From a virus, in the UHGV virus genome UHGV-0213311: a stretch of 39,041 nucleotides of DNA. The stretch is one strand, 5' to 3'. The position numbers were made by a program, and so were the translations under genes. Every line of letters begins with the position of its first letter. Position 1 is the stretch's first letter. The notes beneath the pieces were generated by a model that was given only the letters and a program-made list of their open reading frames with translations, was not told the origin of the DNA and made no database searches. Below are positions 8,866 through 17,553 of this stretch, in pieces.

Positions 8866-9231
8866 ATGAGACAAATTAAAATAAGTTCTGGTTCGTGGCA
8901 AAAAGATTTAGAAATGGTTATCACTGTTATCGATGAAGATAAATTTAAAGCTCAGTGCGAACAAATTAATAAATTCTATTGTGATGCAGAGTATAGAGCT
9001 AAAAAATACGGAAGCCATGAAAAGGCTGGATTTGCAATGTTCTGCGCGGAATGTTTCCAACAGGTGGCATTTAATAACTTCAAGGATGAGGAATGGGTTA
9101 CCGAACAATTCGATTGGTCTAAAGATAAGGGAATTGATGGATATCCTTCGCTAGATGATATGGGAATTCGAATCGATGAAATTGAGTCATGGTTTATTGA
9201 TTACGACGAAATAGAAATCACAGGATGGTAA
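8866..9231 (+). CDS. Hypothetical protein (track ORF from TTG 8848; likely ATG 8866) downstream of the D12 methyltransferase
   Basis: GGAGA 9 nt upstream of ATG 8866. AT-rich. No known motif. Confidence 0.5.
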   Translation: MRQIKISSGSWQKDLEMVITVIDEDKFKAQCEQINKFYCDAEYRAKKYGSHEKAGFAMFCAECFQQVAFNNFKDEEWVTEQFDWSKDKGIDGYPSLDDMGIRIDEIESWFIDYDEIEITGW

Positions 9232-9234
9232 TTA

Positions 9235-9453
9235 ATGAAGCAAGTTCAAGCAATGACAACGTTAGTATTAATTGATGGTATTACTTATCAAATAGCATTA
9301 CCAAAGCAATATGTTTCTCTTCAGGCGAAGCAAGCATTGATGTTTGCTCAAGAGTTCGGCGGTGTAATTATCCCATGTACGTTTACTAACATAAAGCCAA
9401 TGGAAGCCGATGGATTGCCTTTTAATATAAGTGATAGCAAGGATGAGGGCTGA
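9235..9453 (+). CDS. Hypothetical protein (72 aa)
   Basis: RBS AGGATGG upstream. Abuts the preceding gene. Confidence 0.45.
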   Translation: MKQVQAMTTLVLIDGITYQIALPKQYVSLQAKQALMFAQEFGGVIIPCTFTNIKPMEADGLPFNISDSKDEG

Positions 9454-9988
9454 TTACGGAGGTAGCCACACACCAAAGGAATTGCGTGATAGATGGCAAA
9501 CTCCCCTACCTTTATTTACAGCACTGGACGCTGAATTTGGTTTTTATTTAGATGCCGCTGCCGATAAAAATAATGCTCTCTGTTCTCATTACCTAACCGA
9601 AAAAGACGACTCGTTAAATTGCGATTGGGAAAGTTACGGGGCTATTTGGGTGAACCCCCCTTACAGTGAAATTCAACCTTGGATTAATAAAGCCGCCGAG
9701 CAATGTAAAAAGCAATTACAGCCTATCGTGATGTTAATTCCTGCTGATACTTCTGTCGGTTGGTTTAATTCTGCATTAGAAACAGTTGATGAAGTGAGAC
9801 TAATTACAGGAGGAAGAATATCTTTTATTAATGCAGGAACAAACAAACCAGTTAACGGTAATAATAAAGGCTCAATGCTTTTAATATGGAGACCATATAT
9901 CAAACCACGAAAGATAATTAATACTGTCGATAGAGACGAGTTAATTAACATCGGCAATAAAATATTAAATGAATGGAAAATAGCATAG
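9431..9988 (+). CDS. Phage Dam-family N6-adenine DNA methyltransferase (small T1/lambdoid-type)
   Basis: 'WQTPLPLF...DAAA' N-terminal motif plus 'NPPYS' catalytic motif. 185 aa. Usual position between the recombination module and xis. The true start may be M5 at 9443. Confidence 0.7.
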   Translation: MIARMRADYGGSHTPKELRDRWQTPLPLFTALDAEFGFYLDAAADKNNALCSHYLTEKDDSLNCDWESYGAIWVNPPYSEIQPWINKAAEQCKKQLQPIVMLIPADTSVGWFNSALETVDEVRLITGGRISFINAGTNKPVNGNNKGSMLLIWRPYIKPRKIINTVDRDELINIGNKILNEWKIA

Positions 9989-9995
9989 GTGAATT

Positions 9996-10190
9996 ATGGA
10001 CATTATCGACTCAGCAAATGAAACAAACGAACTATATATTCAAGTGTCATTATCAAATCGCAAGGCGGCAATTAAATCATATAGCGGAATGTGTATCTGG
10101 TGTCACGAAGAACCAGTTGCACCTAATAGCGCATACTGCAGTAAAGATTGCGGCGATGACCATGAGCAATATAAACGGAAAAATGGATAG
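9996..10190 (+). CDS. Small Zn-ribbon protein (64 aa)
   Basis: CIWC...CSKDC four-Cys arrangement. GGTGA RBS. Overlaps the alternative-frame ORF 9973..10212, which is considered less likely. Confidence 0.4.
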   Translation: MDIIDSANETNELYIQVSLSNRKAAIKSYSGMCIWCHEEPVAPNSAYCSKDCGDDHEQYKRKNG

Positions 10191-10199
10191 GAGAATGAA

Positions 10200-10568
10200 A
10201 TGGAAGGGATGACCATGCCAAGAAAAGAAGCTGCCGCATATATTGGTATATCAGAAGACACACTCTCTCGTTGGTGCAAGCTAGGATTGATTGCATACAC
10301 AAGAAAGGACCCATCAAAGAAAAACTCGCCATATCTATTTACGAGAGCTGCGTGTATTGCGGCAGCTAATAAATCAATTCACAATATACCAGTGAACGCT
10401 GGTGAGACACGAGAGGGAAAATCATGTCTTTATTCAGAAGAGGTAAAATATGGTACGGAAACTACACGACGCCAAGCGGTAAAAGAATCAAGGAGTCTCT
10501 TGGCACAGAGGACAAGAAGCTCGCGCAGGAGTTGCACGACACAAGAAAGGTCGAGTTATGGCGCATAG
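10200..10568 (+). CDS. xis: Excisionase-like HTH protein (Xis/AlpA-type)
   Basis: AGGAG RBS. N-terminal '[25 protein letters not shown]' HTH typical of phage excisionases. Immediately upstream of int. The 3' end overlaps int by about 145 nt, so the functional protein may be shorter. Confidence 0.55.
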   Translation: MEGMTMPRKEAAAYIGISEDTLSRWCKLGLIAYTRKDPSKKNSPYLFTRAACIAAANKSIHNIPVNAGETREGKSCLYSEEVKYGTETTRRQAVKESRSLLAQRTRSSRRSCTTQERSSYGA

Positions 10569-11581
10569 AACGTCTTGGTGACTTTCCTGATGTTACTTTC
10601 GAAGAGGCTATAGTTCGATGGATTGAAGAGAAAGCAGACAAAAAATCACTGGATGACGATAAAGGTCGGCTTTCTTTTTGGTTAGATCACTTTGAAGGTT
10701 ACCGACTTAAGGATATTACAGAAGCAAAAATATATTCCGTTATCAATAAGATGGTAAACAGAAAAGCAAGGGAGAGATGGGAAAAACAAGCGGAATCAGC
10801 CAAAAGAAAGGGAAAGGAAATCCCTGCATTTACTGATGTCCCTGTCAGTAACGCAACCAAAGCAAAGCATCTCGCCATCATGAAATCTCTGTTAAGAGCT
10901 GCTGAACGTGACTGGAAATGGTTAGAAAAATCTCCCGTTATCAAAGTTCCAACAATCAGAGAAAAGCGGGTTCGGTGGTTAGAACATCATGAAGCTAAAA
11001 GACTGATTCAAGAATGCCCTGAACCACTGAAATCCGTAGTTACATTTGCATTGGCCACTGGATTAAGGCGATCCAATATTATCAATTTAGAGTGGAGTCA
11101 AATTGATATGCAAAGGAAAGTTGCATGGATAAACCCAGAGGATAGCAAATCAGGCCAAGCAATTGGTGTTGCTTTAAATGACACTGCTTGTCAGGTTCTT
11201 AAGGAACAAATAGGAAACCATCACAAGTGGGTATTTGTTCATACTGAATCAAAGAAGAGACCAGACGGAACATTAACGCCAAGCGTTAGAAAAATGCGAG
11301 TTGATTCTAACACAGCATGGAGAGCAGCGTTAAAAAGAGCAGGAATAGAAAACTTCCGCTTTCATGATCTGCGCCACACATGGGCGAGCTGGTTAATTCA
11401 GTCCGGAGTTCCGCTTTCAGTATTACAAGAAATGGGCGGATGGGAATCAGTTGATATGGTTAGAAGGTATGCTCACCTAGCGCCTAATCATTTAACTGAA
11501 CATGCAAAGCAAATAGACAGTATTTTTGGCACTTGTGTCCCAAATACGTCCCACTTAAGAAAAGTAGAGAATTTAAAATGA
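10424..11581 (+). CDS. int: Tyrosine integrase (lambda Int family; tRNA-Arg-targeting type)
   Basis: N-terminus '[14 protein letters not shown]'. Box I 'ATGLRRSN'. Box II '[15 protein letters not shown]'. Catalytic Tyr in 'VRRYAHL'. Adjacent to the tRNA-derived att core. Confidence 0.9.
   Translation: MSLFRRGKIWYGNYTTPSGKRIKESLGTEDKKLAQELHDTRKVELWRIERLGDFPDVTFEEAIVRWIEEKADKKSLDDDKGRLSFWLDHFEGYRLKDITEAKIYSVINKMVNRKARERWEKQAESAKRKGKEIPAFTDVPVSNATKAKHLAIMKSLLRAAERDWKWLEKSPVIKVPTIREKRVRWLEHHEAKRLIQECPEPLKSVVTFALATGLRRSNIINLEWSQIDMQRKVAWINPEDSKSGQAIGVALNDTACQVLKEQIGNHHKWVFVHTESKKRPDGTLTPSVRKMRVDSNTAWRAALKRAGIENFRFHDLRHTWASWLIQSGVPLSVLQEMGGWESVDMVRRYAHLAPNHLTEHAKQIDSIFGTCVPNTSHLRKVENLK
11536..11554 (+). 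repeat. Putative Int arm-type binding site (copy 1 of TGTCCCAAAT-N-CGTCCCA)
   Basis: 19-bp element TGTCCCAAATACGTCCCAC. It recurs at 11756..11774 and partially (ACGTCCCACC) at 11701..11710, flanking the att core. Confidence 0.5.
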
Positions 11582-11605
11582 GTGTAAGTTATTGATTTTA
11601 AATGG

Positions 11606-11660
11606 TACGCCCTACAGGATTCGAACCTGTGACCTACGGCTTAGAAGAGCGTAGAATTAT
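11606..11660 (-). other. attP core: 3' portion of a tRNA-Arg(UCU)-like (argU-like) gene, anticodon loop to CCA end
   Basis: The reverse complement reads CTTCTAAGCC...CACAGGTTCGAATCCTGTAGGGCGTACCA: T-arm GGTTCGAATCC, acceptor 3' strand, CCA end, TCT anticodon in a CTTCTAA loop. The 5' half does not fold, so this is a partial copy, as is usual for attP. Confidence 0.6.
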
Positions 11661-11755
11661 GCTTTAATATCAACTAAATACAGTCTCACCAAGCGTTCAC
11701 ACGTCCCACCTTACCTAAAGTTACTTGAAGTTGACTTATGCTACTTCATGTTGCT

Positions 11756-11774
11756 TGTCCCAAATTCGTCCCAT
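11756..11774 (+). repeat. Putative Int arm-type binding site (copy 2)
   Basis: TGTCCCAAATTCGTCCCAT. 18/19 identity with 11536..11554, on the other side of the att core. Confidence 0.5.
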
Positions 11775-11821
11775 CAATTCCCCCACCCTGCTATACTCTC
11801 CAAAAACTAACCGGATCTAAT

Positions 11822-12052
11822 ATGAACCTCGCAAACCTAACTCAAGAAGAAAAAGACAAGATTAATATCGATTTGGCCGCAAGTGGTGTCGCATATAAAG
11901 AACGCCTCAATATGCCAGTTGTTGCCTCAGAAGTTGAACGACAACAACCAGCACATTTGAGAACGTACTTTAATGAACGATTAGCGTTTTATCGTGAGAG
12001 AAGTAAGAAACTTCCAGATGCGAATTCTGTGCAGTATTTGAAGTCGGAGTAA
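11822..12052 (+). CDS. Hypothetical small protein convergent with the tailspike (track ORF 11738..12052; ATG 11822 preferred)
   Basis: The ORF ends exactly where the tailspike gene ends on the opposite strand. The upstream part of the track ORF lies over arm-site repeats. Confidence 0.35.
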   Translation: MNLANLTQEEKDKINIDLAASGVAYKERLNMPVVASEVERQQPAHLRTYFNERLAFYRERSKKLPDANSVQYLKSE

Positions 12053-13909
12053 TTACTCTTTTTTCTCACAAATTATCGCCTTAAGCGCTATTTGCATAGA
12101 GCGTGGTAGTGATGTTGGTTTTACTTTCATTCTATTTAGGGTTATTAGCGCACCAGAAGAACTACTGATCATAAATGAATTGCTAGATATGTTAGATATT
12201 GACACTGATCCACCACCAACCCCAAATAGCACAGGAAATCCAGTTATCCCACCATGGGTTATCTTGATGCCATTCGACTTGTCTATTGTTATGTTTTCAG
12301 ATACGAATGGTGGAATGCTTGATGAACTCAAATCTGGTGCTCTCATCAAATCACCATCTGTTGAAACTGCAAATGAAACATCCATTAAAAAAGATAAATC
12401 TATAGCAAATTCATTATTCCCAACAGATACAATTGTAGGGAAGCACTGAACACCAAAAACCTTACCACCCTCATTCATTTCAACATCAAGACCAAGTATC
12501 CAGTTAGCTCTACTTTGCAAGTAAAGCCTAACTTTATCTTCTAACATTTCTATTCTAGAGATATTTATCGTTCTATATGAGTACCCGGTATTCGACTTAT
12601 CAAGTAGTGTTAAATTTCCATCAGAGCCAACCAATAACCTACCATATGTATATCTCCATATTTGGTCTTGTGGTAATAGTGGGGTTCCATACATTTCAGT
12701 TTCAAATTCTGAGGAAGGGTTTTTATTAAATAGAGAATCAACAATAACACTGGCTGATTCATGCCCCATAACATTATATCCATTTTGAGTGTAATGAACC
12801 CCCTCGCGCAACAATCCATTGCCAATAGTAAATGTCCCGCAACCAGAATAAGCCATCACCATCCAGTCATATGATTGACACAAATAATCTTGAGCTGTTT
12901 GCATGGCATACCAACTCATTTCTTTTCTATTTTGAGGGCACCCAACTCTATACAGGAAGCACTTATCAAGCCCCATATCTGAACGCATATCTCTAATTAG
13001 TTGATCTAGCTTATTTTGATATTCCTGTTTTTTGGTTCCTAGCGTCATATCTGTTTCGCCTTGATGAAACAAGATTGACTTATACCCTATTGATATACCA
13101 TCTCTATTTGCAACAATCATTGCGGAGTTGAATGAGCTAATCATCTTATCATATACGGTATTTGATGGGGTTAATGGCTTTGATAGTTCAACAATAGAGG
13201 ACTCACCTTTGGCGCATGGTATAATTAAAACCTTTCTCCCAGTTCTTCTAATATACTCGTTAGCAAATGTAGCCCATGCATGACCAGTGCTAACATTTCC
13301 AGATGAGTAAGGGAGTGCCTTTGTAATTTTTTTTATTTGGTTATCTTTGTAATCAAAGAACATAGCCCCATCAATAACATCGGGGAATCCATAAGTATCT
13401 TGAGCATACCCAACCGCATTTGATTGCCCATACACAACAAATATATCAAAAACATCTCCTCGATTGTAATACTGATTACTGACAAGAGATGACGCCTCTC
13501 CTAAGTTGCTAAAGTGTTCATCTCCAATCATAGATGAACCACTGCTTGATGATATTTCGTCAAGAAATCTTTTTTCAAACTGGTCTGGATCATACTTCAA
13601 TACATTTGGGTAATAGAATTGTTGCCCCCCATAGCTGTCATACACAGCCATGCTGTGACCTTCAACTGTCACAAATTTAGCGATTTGTCCATTGTAAACA
13701 GGGAAACCAGCTTGATTTATGGAGATTGGTTGAGTGGTTTTAAGTAAGCTGCCATTTTCTTTCTCAATATAAACCTGAATTTGATTTTCTGGCAGTGTTG
13801 GATCGGTATCTATTTTACCAATAAAAATCTTACCGTTGCTCGCCGCTTGGAACTTCCTCGCGAGAGTGAATAATTGTGATGGCATGCTGACGACAACATT
13901 TGGAATCAT
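12053..13909 (-). CDS. Tailspike: P22 gp9-like head-binding N-domain fused to an SGNH/GDSL-type esterase domain (track ORF extends to 14005)
   Basis: 'NVVVS...[13 protein letters not shown]...QIQVYIE...[13 protein letters not shown]...NVLKYDPDQ' matches the P22 tailspike N-terminal domain. '[12 protein letters not shown]' is the GQSN block of the SGNH/sialate-O-acetylesterase-like family. AGGA RBS precedes ATG 13909. Confidence 0.8.
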   Translation of the reverse strand: MIPNVVVSMPSQLFTLARKFQAASNGKIFIGKIDTDPTLPENQIQVYIEKENGSLLKTTQPISINQAGFPVYNGQIAKFVTVEGHSMAVYDSYGGQQFYYPNVLKYDPDQFEKRFLDEISSSSGSSMIGDEHFSNLGEASSLVSNQYYNRGDVFDIFVVYGQSNAVGYAQDTYGFPDVIDGAMFFDYKDNQIKKITKALPYSSGNVSTGHAWATFANEYIRRTGRKVLIIPCAKGESSIVELSKPLTPSNTVYDKMISSFNSAMIVANRDGISIGYKSILFHQGETDMTLGTKKQEYQNKLDQLIRDMRSDMGLDKCFLYRVGCPQNRKEMSWYAMQTAQDYLCQSYDWMVMAYSGCGTFTIGNGLLREGVHYTQNGYNVMGHESASVIVDSLFNKNPSSEFETEMYGTPLLPQDQIWRYTYGRLLVGSDGNLTLLDKSNTGYSYRTINISRIEMLEDKVRLYLQSRANWILGLDVEMNEGGKVFGVQCFPTIVSVGNNEFAIDLSFLMDVSFAVSTDGDLMRAPDLSSSSIPPFVSENITIDKSNGIKITHGGITGFPVLFGVGGGSVSISNISSNSFMISSSSGALITLNRMKVKPTSLPRSMQIALKAIICEKKE

Positions 13910-14068
13910 TTCTTTTTCCTTTAAATAACCGAACGCTTTAACCCCAAACAAAGAGGTTAAGGTTCCTGTAAATAATTTAGATATTAATTGCCTTCTATTC
14001 ATCACAATCCCAACGTAAATAAAATTTATTATTTATATTATATTGTAATGAATAGATATATGAAGCGA

Positions 14069-16099
14069 TCAGTCTCGTAATTCAGCCTGCGAACCGGCAC
14101 TTAAACTTTGTGATATTGTAGAGACTGCCTTTTCGAACTTGCTTGTTCCTTCAGGTGTTCCTGCTAATCTCATCACTGCTTCTCTAACCGGTTTACTTTC
14201 ATAAATGCGAGCTAGTGCGCCATAAGTTCCAGCACCAATTGCCGTTGATGGTTTTATGGCCGCGCCTAAACCAAGTATGAAAGGGATTGCTTGCTGACCA
14301 GTCGGCGTTGTGACACCTGCTTTTGCGGCTTGCTTGGTTGCTTCTAAATACTTCTTTAAACCATTTATATAAATAGCATCTTGACCTCTAAATGCTATCC
14401 CTGTTTGGTTTGACATGATATTTAGTTGCCTCAAAAACTGATCGGGAGAATCACCGGCTTTCTCAATCGCCTTGCCAATAATGGCATTCCTCATTTGAGC
14501 ACGACCTCGGGTGTCAACTGAGTTATACAAACTTCTAATTTCAGATCTGTTTTTGCTAAATAAAATATTATTAACTACCTCTGGCGTTAAATCACCTTTG
14601 GTTAAGATGTTCTTCAATCGAGTATTTAATATTTTATTTGCTTCATCAGCATAGATAGCATTGGCTTGGTTATATTTGCGTAAAGCATCAGCGCCTAAGT
14701 TTGTTGATATTGCATCACTAGCGTCATCAGTCATGGCTTTATAAACTCTATTTATTGCGGCATCAGAGCGATTAGGCATAGCCATTCTTTCACCCTTAAC
14801 GTCTTGTCTAAATTGAGTCCTTAAGTCTCTTAGTTGAGAAATATCAACGTTACCAGATGCAAGCTCATTCCTGTAAGACTGCAATTTTGAGATGGTCTGT
14901 GTGTCAGCAACCTCACCAAGTTTAGATAATTTAGCTATTTCGCTATCAATCTGATTTATTGCTCGGTTAGGTGTGATAGACACACCAGATAACGCATTCT
15001 GGATTGACTCTAACCTTTCACCAGCTGCCTGTTTTATTGTTGATGTTTTTCGCTTCAAACTCTCAACAACTTGGCTAGGATCGTACTCTCCAAACCTGTC
15101 TGCGAAATCTCGAACAAGTTTACTCCTCGCCTCTTGTTGATTTGATCGCAAACCTGCAGTACCAGCAAAAGGAATATTTTCAGCAGCTCCTTGAGCCAGC
15201 CTACCTGTTTTTGATTGCGGTGGTACAACGTCAGTTGTGTATAGAGGCACATTGTTCTGCTTAGCAAATTCAGACAGTTCAGACGCTTCTTGAGTCGGCT
15301 TGCCAGTTGCTACTCGATAACCACTATTAACAAGCTTCTCTGCCGCTTTAAATCCACCTCCAAGTCCTGCTGATAATGCTGTTTGTAGCGGGTTAAAATC
15401 ACCACCACCCGCCATATTAACGGACGATTGTAGAGCTAGGTCTGTACCTGCTGATTTTGCGGTAGCGCCTAATACAGTTGATGCTCTCCCTGCTGGAGTG
15501 AATGCTGCCGCGTTCGCGATAAACGGCATGATATCTTCAGCTGATAGGCCAGGCTTATTTAATGCATATCGGCCAGATGGTAAGTCAACTAATAGGTTCC
15601 CCTTTTCATCTTGAGATACCTTACCTCCCATATTCCCGATCACTTTTACAAAGTCGTTGTCGTTGCCGAACATTTGCACCCAAGCCGCTTTCATTGCGTC
15701 AGTATTAAATGCATTCATTTCTGGCGAAGACATGATCCCCTCTAGCCCTTGGACTTCAGGAGTCATCTTGCTTTCACCAGTAAAGGCATCTATTACGTTT
15801 TCACGGAAACTTTTGGCGTCCTCAGACGATTGCTGTAACCCTTGAGAAAGATTCTGATTGGCTTGCTTCATGCCCGCGATATAACTATTTTCTGGCTGTG
15901 CTGGTTGGGTTTCTTGCTCTTGCTGAGGTTGAGGGAGTGGATATGCCTTATAAAACTGTTGTCTTGCATTATCTATATCATTACCAACATTAGGAGCGAC
16001 CACATCATTAAAATATTGCTCTTGCGCTTCTGCTTTTTGTTCGCTAGATAGTGACTGGTACTGAGGTGATGCGATCACCTCTTTCCATGGTTTAGCCAT
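14069..16099 (-). CDS. Ejection (injection) protein, P22 gp16-like
   Basis: 676 aa. Position immediately upstream of the tailspike and after the gp20-like gene. Gly/Ala/Gln-rich low-complexity regions typical of E-proteins. Confidence 0.65.
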   Translation of the reverse strand: MAKPWKEVIASPQYQSLSSEQKAEAQEQYFNDVVAPNVGNDIDNARQQFYKAYPLPQPQQEQETQPAQPENSYIAGMKQANQNLSQGLQQSSEDAKSFRENVIDAFTGESKMTPEVQGLEGIMSSPEMNAFNTDAMKAAWVQMFGNDNDFVKVIGNMGGKVSQDEKGNLLVDLPSGRYALNKPGLSAEDIMPFIANAAAFTPAGRASTVLGATAKSAGTDLALQSSVNMAGGGDFNPLQTALSAGLGGGFKAAEKLVNSGYRVATGKPTQEASELSEFAKQNNVPLYTTDVVPPQSKTGRLAQGAAENIPFAGTAGLRSNQQEARSKLVRDFADRFGEYDPSQVVESLKRKTSTIKQAAGERLESIQNALSGVSITPNRAINQIDSEIAKLSKLGEVADTQTISKLQSYRNELASGNVDISQLRDLRTQFRQDVKGERMAMPNRSDAAINRVYKAMTDDASDAISTNLGADALRKYNQANAIYADEANKILNTRLKNILTKGDLTPEVVNNILFSKNRSEIRSLYNSVDTRGRAQMRNAIIGKAIEKAGDSPDQFLRQLNIMSNQTGIAFRGQDAIYINGLKKYLEATKQAAKAGVTTPTGQQAIPFILGLGAAIKPSTAIGAGTYGALARIYESKPVREAVMRLAGTPEGTSKFEKAVSTISQSLSAGSQAELRD

Positions 16100-17544
16100 T
16101 AATCACCCCATAATGAAGAATATCCGCTTTGGTTACTGCTAGCCGGTTGCTGTGTTGCTTGCTTGCTTGATGGTGCACCTAGATTGGCGTTATTCCTTGA
16201 ATTAAATGCCTTCGTGTATTGGTCAATTATTTTCACCGAATTCTGTAATGCTTCAGGGCTGGAATAATCAAGCTGTGGCATTGACTGGAAGAACATTTTT
16301 GCTTCTGCAACCGTATTAATCCCACTAGCACCCATTTCTCTAGCTGCGCTAATACCTTGATTTTGCATATTACCTTGTATACGCTGAGCTGCATTATATA
16401 AAGATCTTGCCTCTCTATTTACTGTCCTAGTTCCTGCGTCAGCTGTTATAGGCGTTGTTCCTGTCCCTCCAGTAATACCAGTGATAGCATTTAATTGAGA
16501 TATAGGCGCATTTGCGATTAAAGATAAATCCTCATTCATGCGTGTGGTTGATGCATTATTTGCTGTAGACGACACACTTGATAAAGCATTGACAGGAATG
16601 GTGACTACATTACCGTTAGCGTCGAAACCCTTGTAATACTTAGAATCTCCTGCGCCTTGAGCTTTAGGGTCAATCATTACAGTTTGCCCATTGGATAACT
16701 GAGCCTGTTGTAATTCACTCTCTCCCCTACCTTTTAACGCTAAAAACTGCTTACGTTGCTCAGGGGTAAGAGATACCATGTACTCGTACTCTTGCACAGA
16801 TGCAGGCTTACTTCCTGAAGAGTTAGCAGATCTAATAGAGTTTTGAGCGGAGATATTTTGCCCTCTAATTTGTATTTGATGACCTTCTCTTGTTAACGCT
16901 TCACTGGCTTGATTGCTACGGACTGTCTCGGAAAGTTTATCTCTATCAATAGAACGACCTTCGATTTTATCCTGAATATCAAAATACTTATCAGGGCCTA
17001 ATGCAGACATGCCGATATGGTCAGCTAACTCTATAGCCCCTTTGGGGTTTTCATTTGCCATAGCCAGAGCCTGCTGAGGGTCAATACCTAATCGTCTTAA
17101 CTCATCAGCGTTTTTACGGATATAATCAGTGGCATTACCACTATTAATAGCCATCCGGTAGCCAGATGCTATGTTTCCTAAAGATTCCCTGACGTCCTCT
17201 GATATTCCCTGCATACCTGAGGTTATTTTCTCAGCCTGATCTGGATATGTAGCCATTAACTGTCTCATAGCGTCTCTATCTCCAGATGCGTACGCCTTAC
17301 CCCACAAAGATTGGAATTCCTTATCCCTCTCCTGAGCTTGCTGTTGCTTGTACATTTCACCAAGCCCACCAAGCCCTTGGGCTAACTGCAAACCGATGTT
17401 ATTAGCTCCAGACCTTTGTATGTCATTATTTTCTCGGATCATAGCAAGAGTTGCGTTTGCGTCACTTGCTTTGGGGGCATTAGTATTATTTAAACCAATA
17501 CCGCCAAGAAATCCCCCTGACCCTTGCTGGTTCCATGTAGCCAT
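16099..17544 (-). CDS. Ejection protein, P22 gp20-like
   Basis: 481 aa (P22 gp20 is about 471 aa). Conserved gene order. Confidence 0.65.
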   Translation of the reverse strand: MATWNQQGSGGFLGGIGLNNTNAPKASDANATLAMIRENNDIQRSGANNIGLQLAQGLGGLGEMYKQQQAQERDKEFQSLWGKAYASGDRDAMRQLMATYPDQAEKITSGMQGISEDVRESLGNIASGYRMAINSGNATDYIRKNADELRRLGIDPQQALAMANENPKGAIELADHIGMSALGPDKYFDIQDKIEGRSIDRDKLSETVRSNQASEALTREGHQIQIRGQNISAQNSIRSANSSGSKPASVQEYEYMVSLTPEQRKQFLALKGRGESELQQAQLSNGQTVMIDPKAQGAGDSKYYKGFDANGNVVTIPVNALSSVSSTANNASTTRMNEDLSLIANAPISQLNAITGITGGTGTTPITADAGTRTVNREARSLYNAAQRIQGNMQNQGISAAREMGASGINTVAEAKMFFQSMPQLDYSSPEALQNSVKIIDQYTKAFNSRNNANLGAPSSKQATQQPASSNQSGYSSLWGD

Positions 17545-17553
17545 ATCATCACC

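Noticed and set aside
8908-10332. ORFs 8908..9108 (-), 8933..9154 (+), 9673..9957 (-), 10103..10300 (-), 10123..10332 (-)
   Set aside because: Embedded in or antisense to methyltransferase, Zn-ribbon and xis coding regions. Judged to be shadow ORFs.
11585-11680. Possibility of a complete tRNA gene next to int
   Set aside because: Only the anticodon-loop-to-CCA portion is tRNA-like. The 5' half cannot form D-arm or acceptor pairing, so it was called an attP partial copy and not a tRNA gene.
13910-14005. Tat-signal-like N-terminal extension ([12 protein letters not shown]...) on the tailspike ORF
   Set aside because: Homology to the P22 tailspike begins at the internal Met (13909), which has a better RBS. 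A secretion signal on a virion tailspike is implausible. Kept only as an alternative start.
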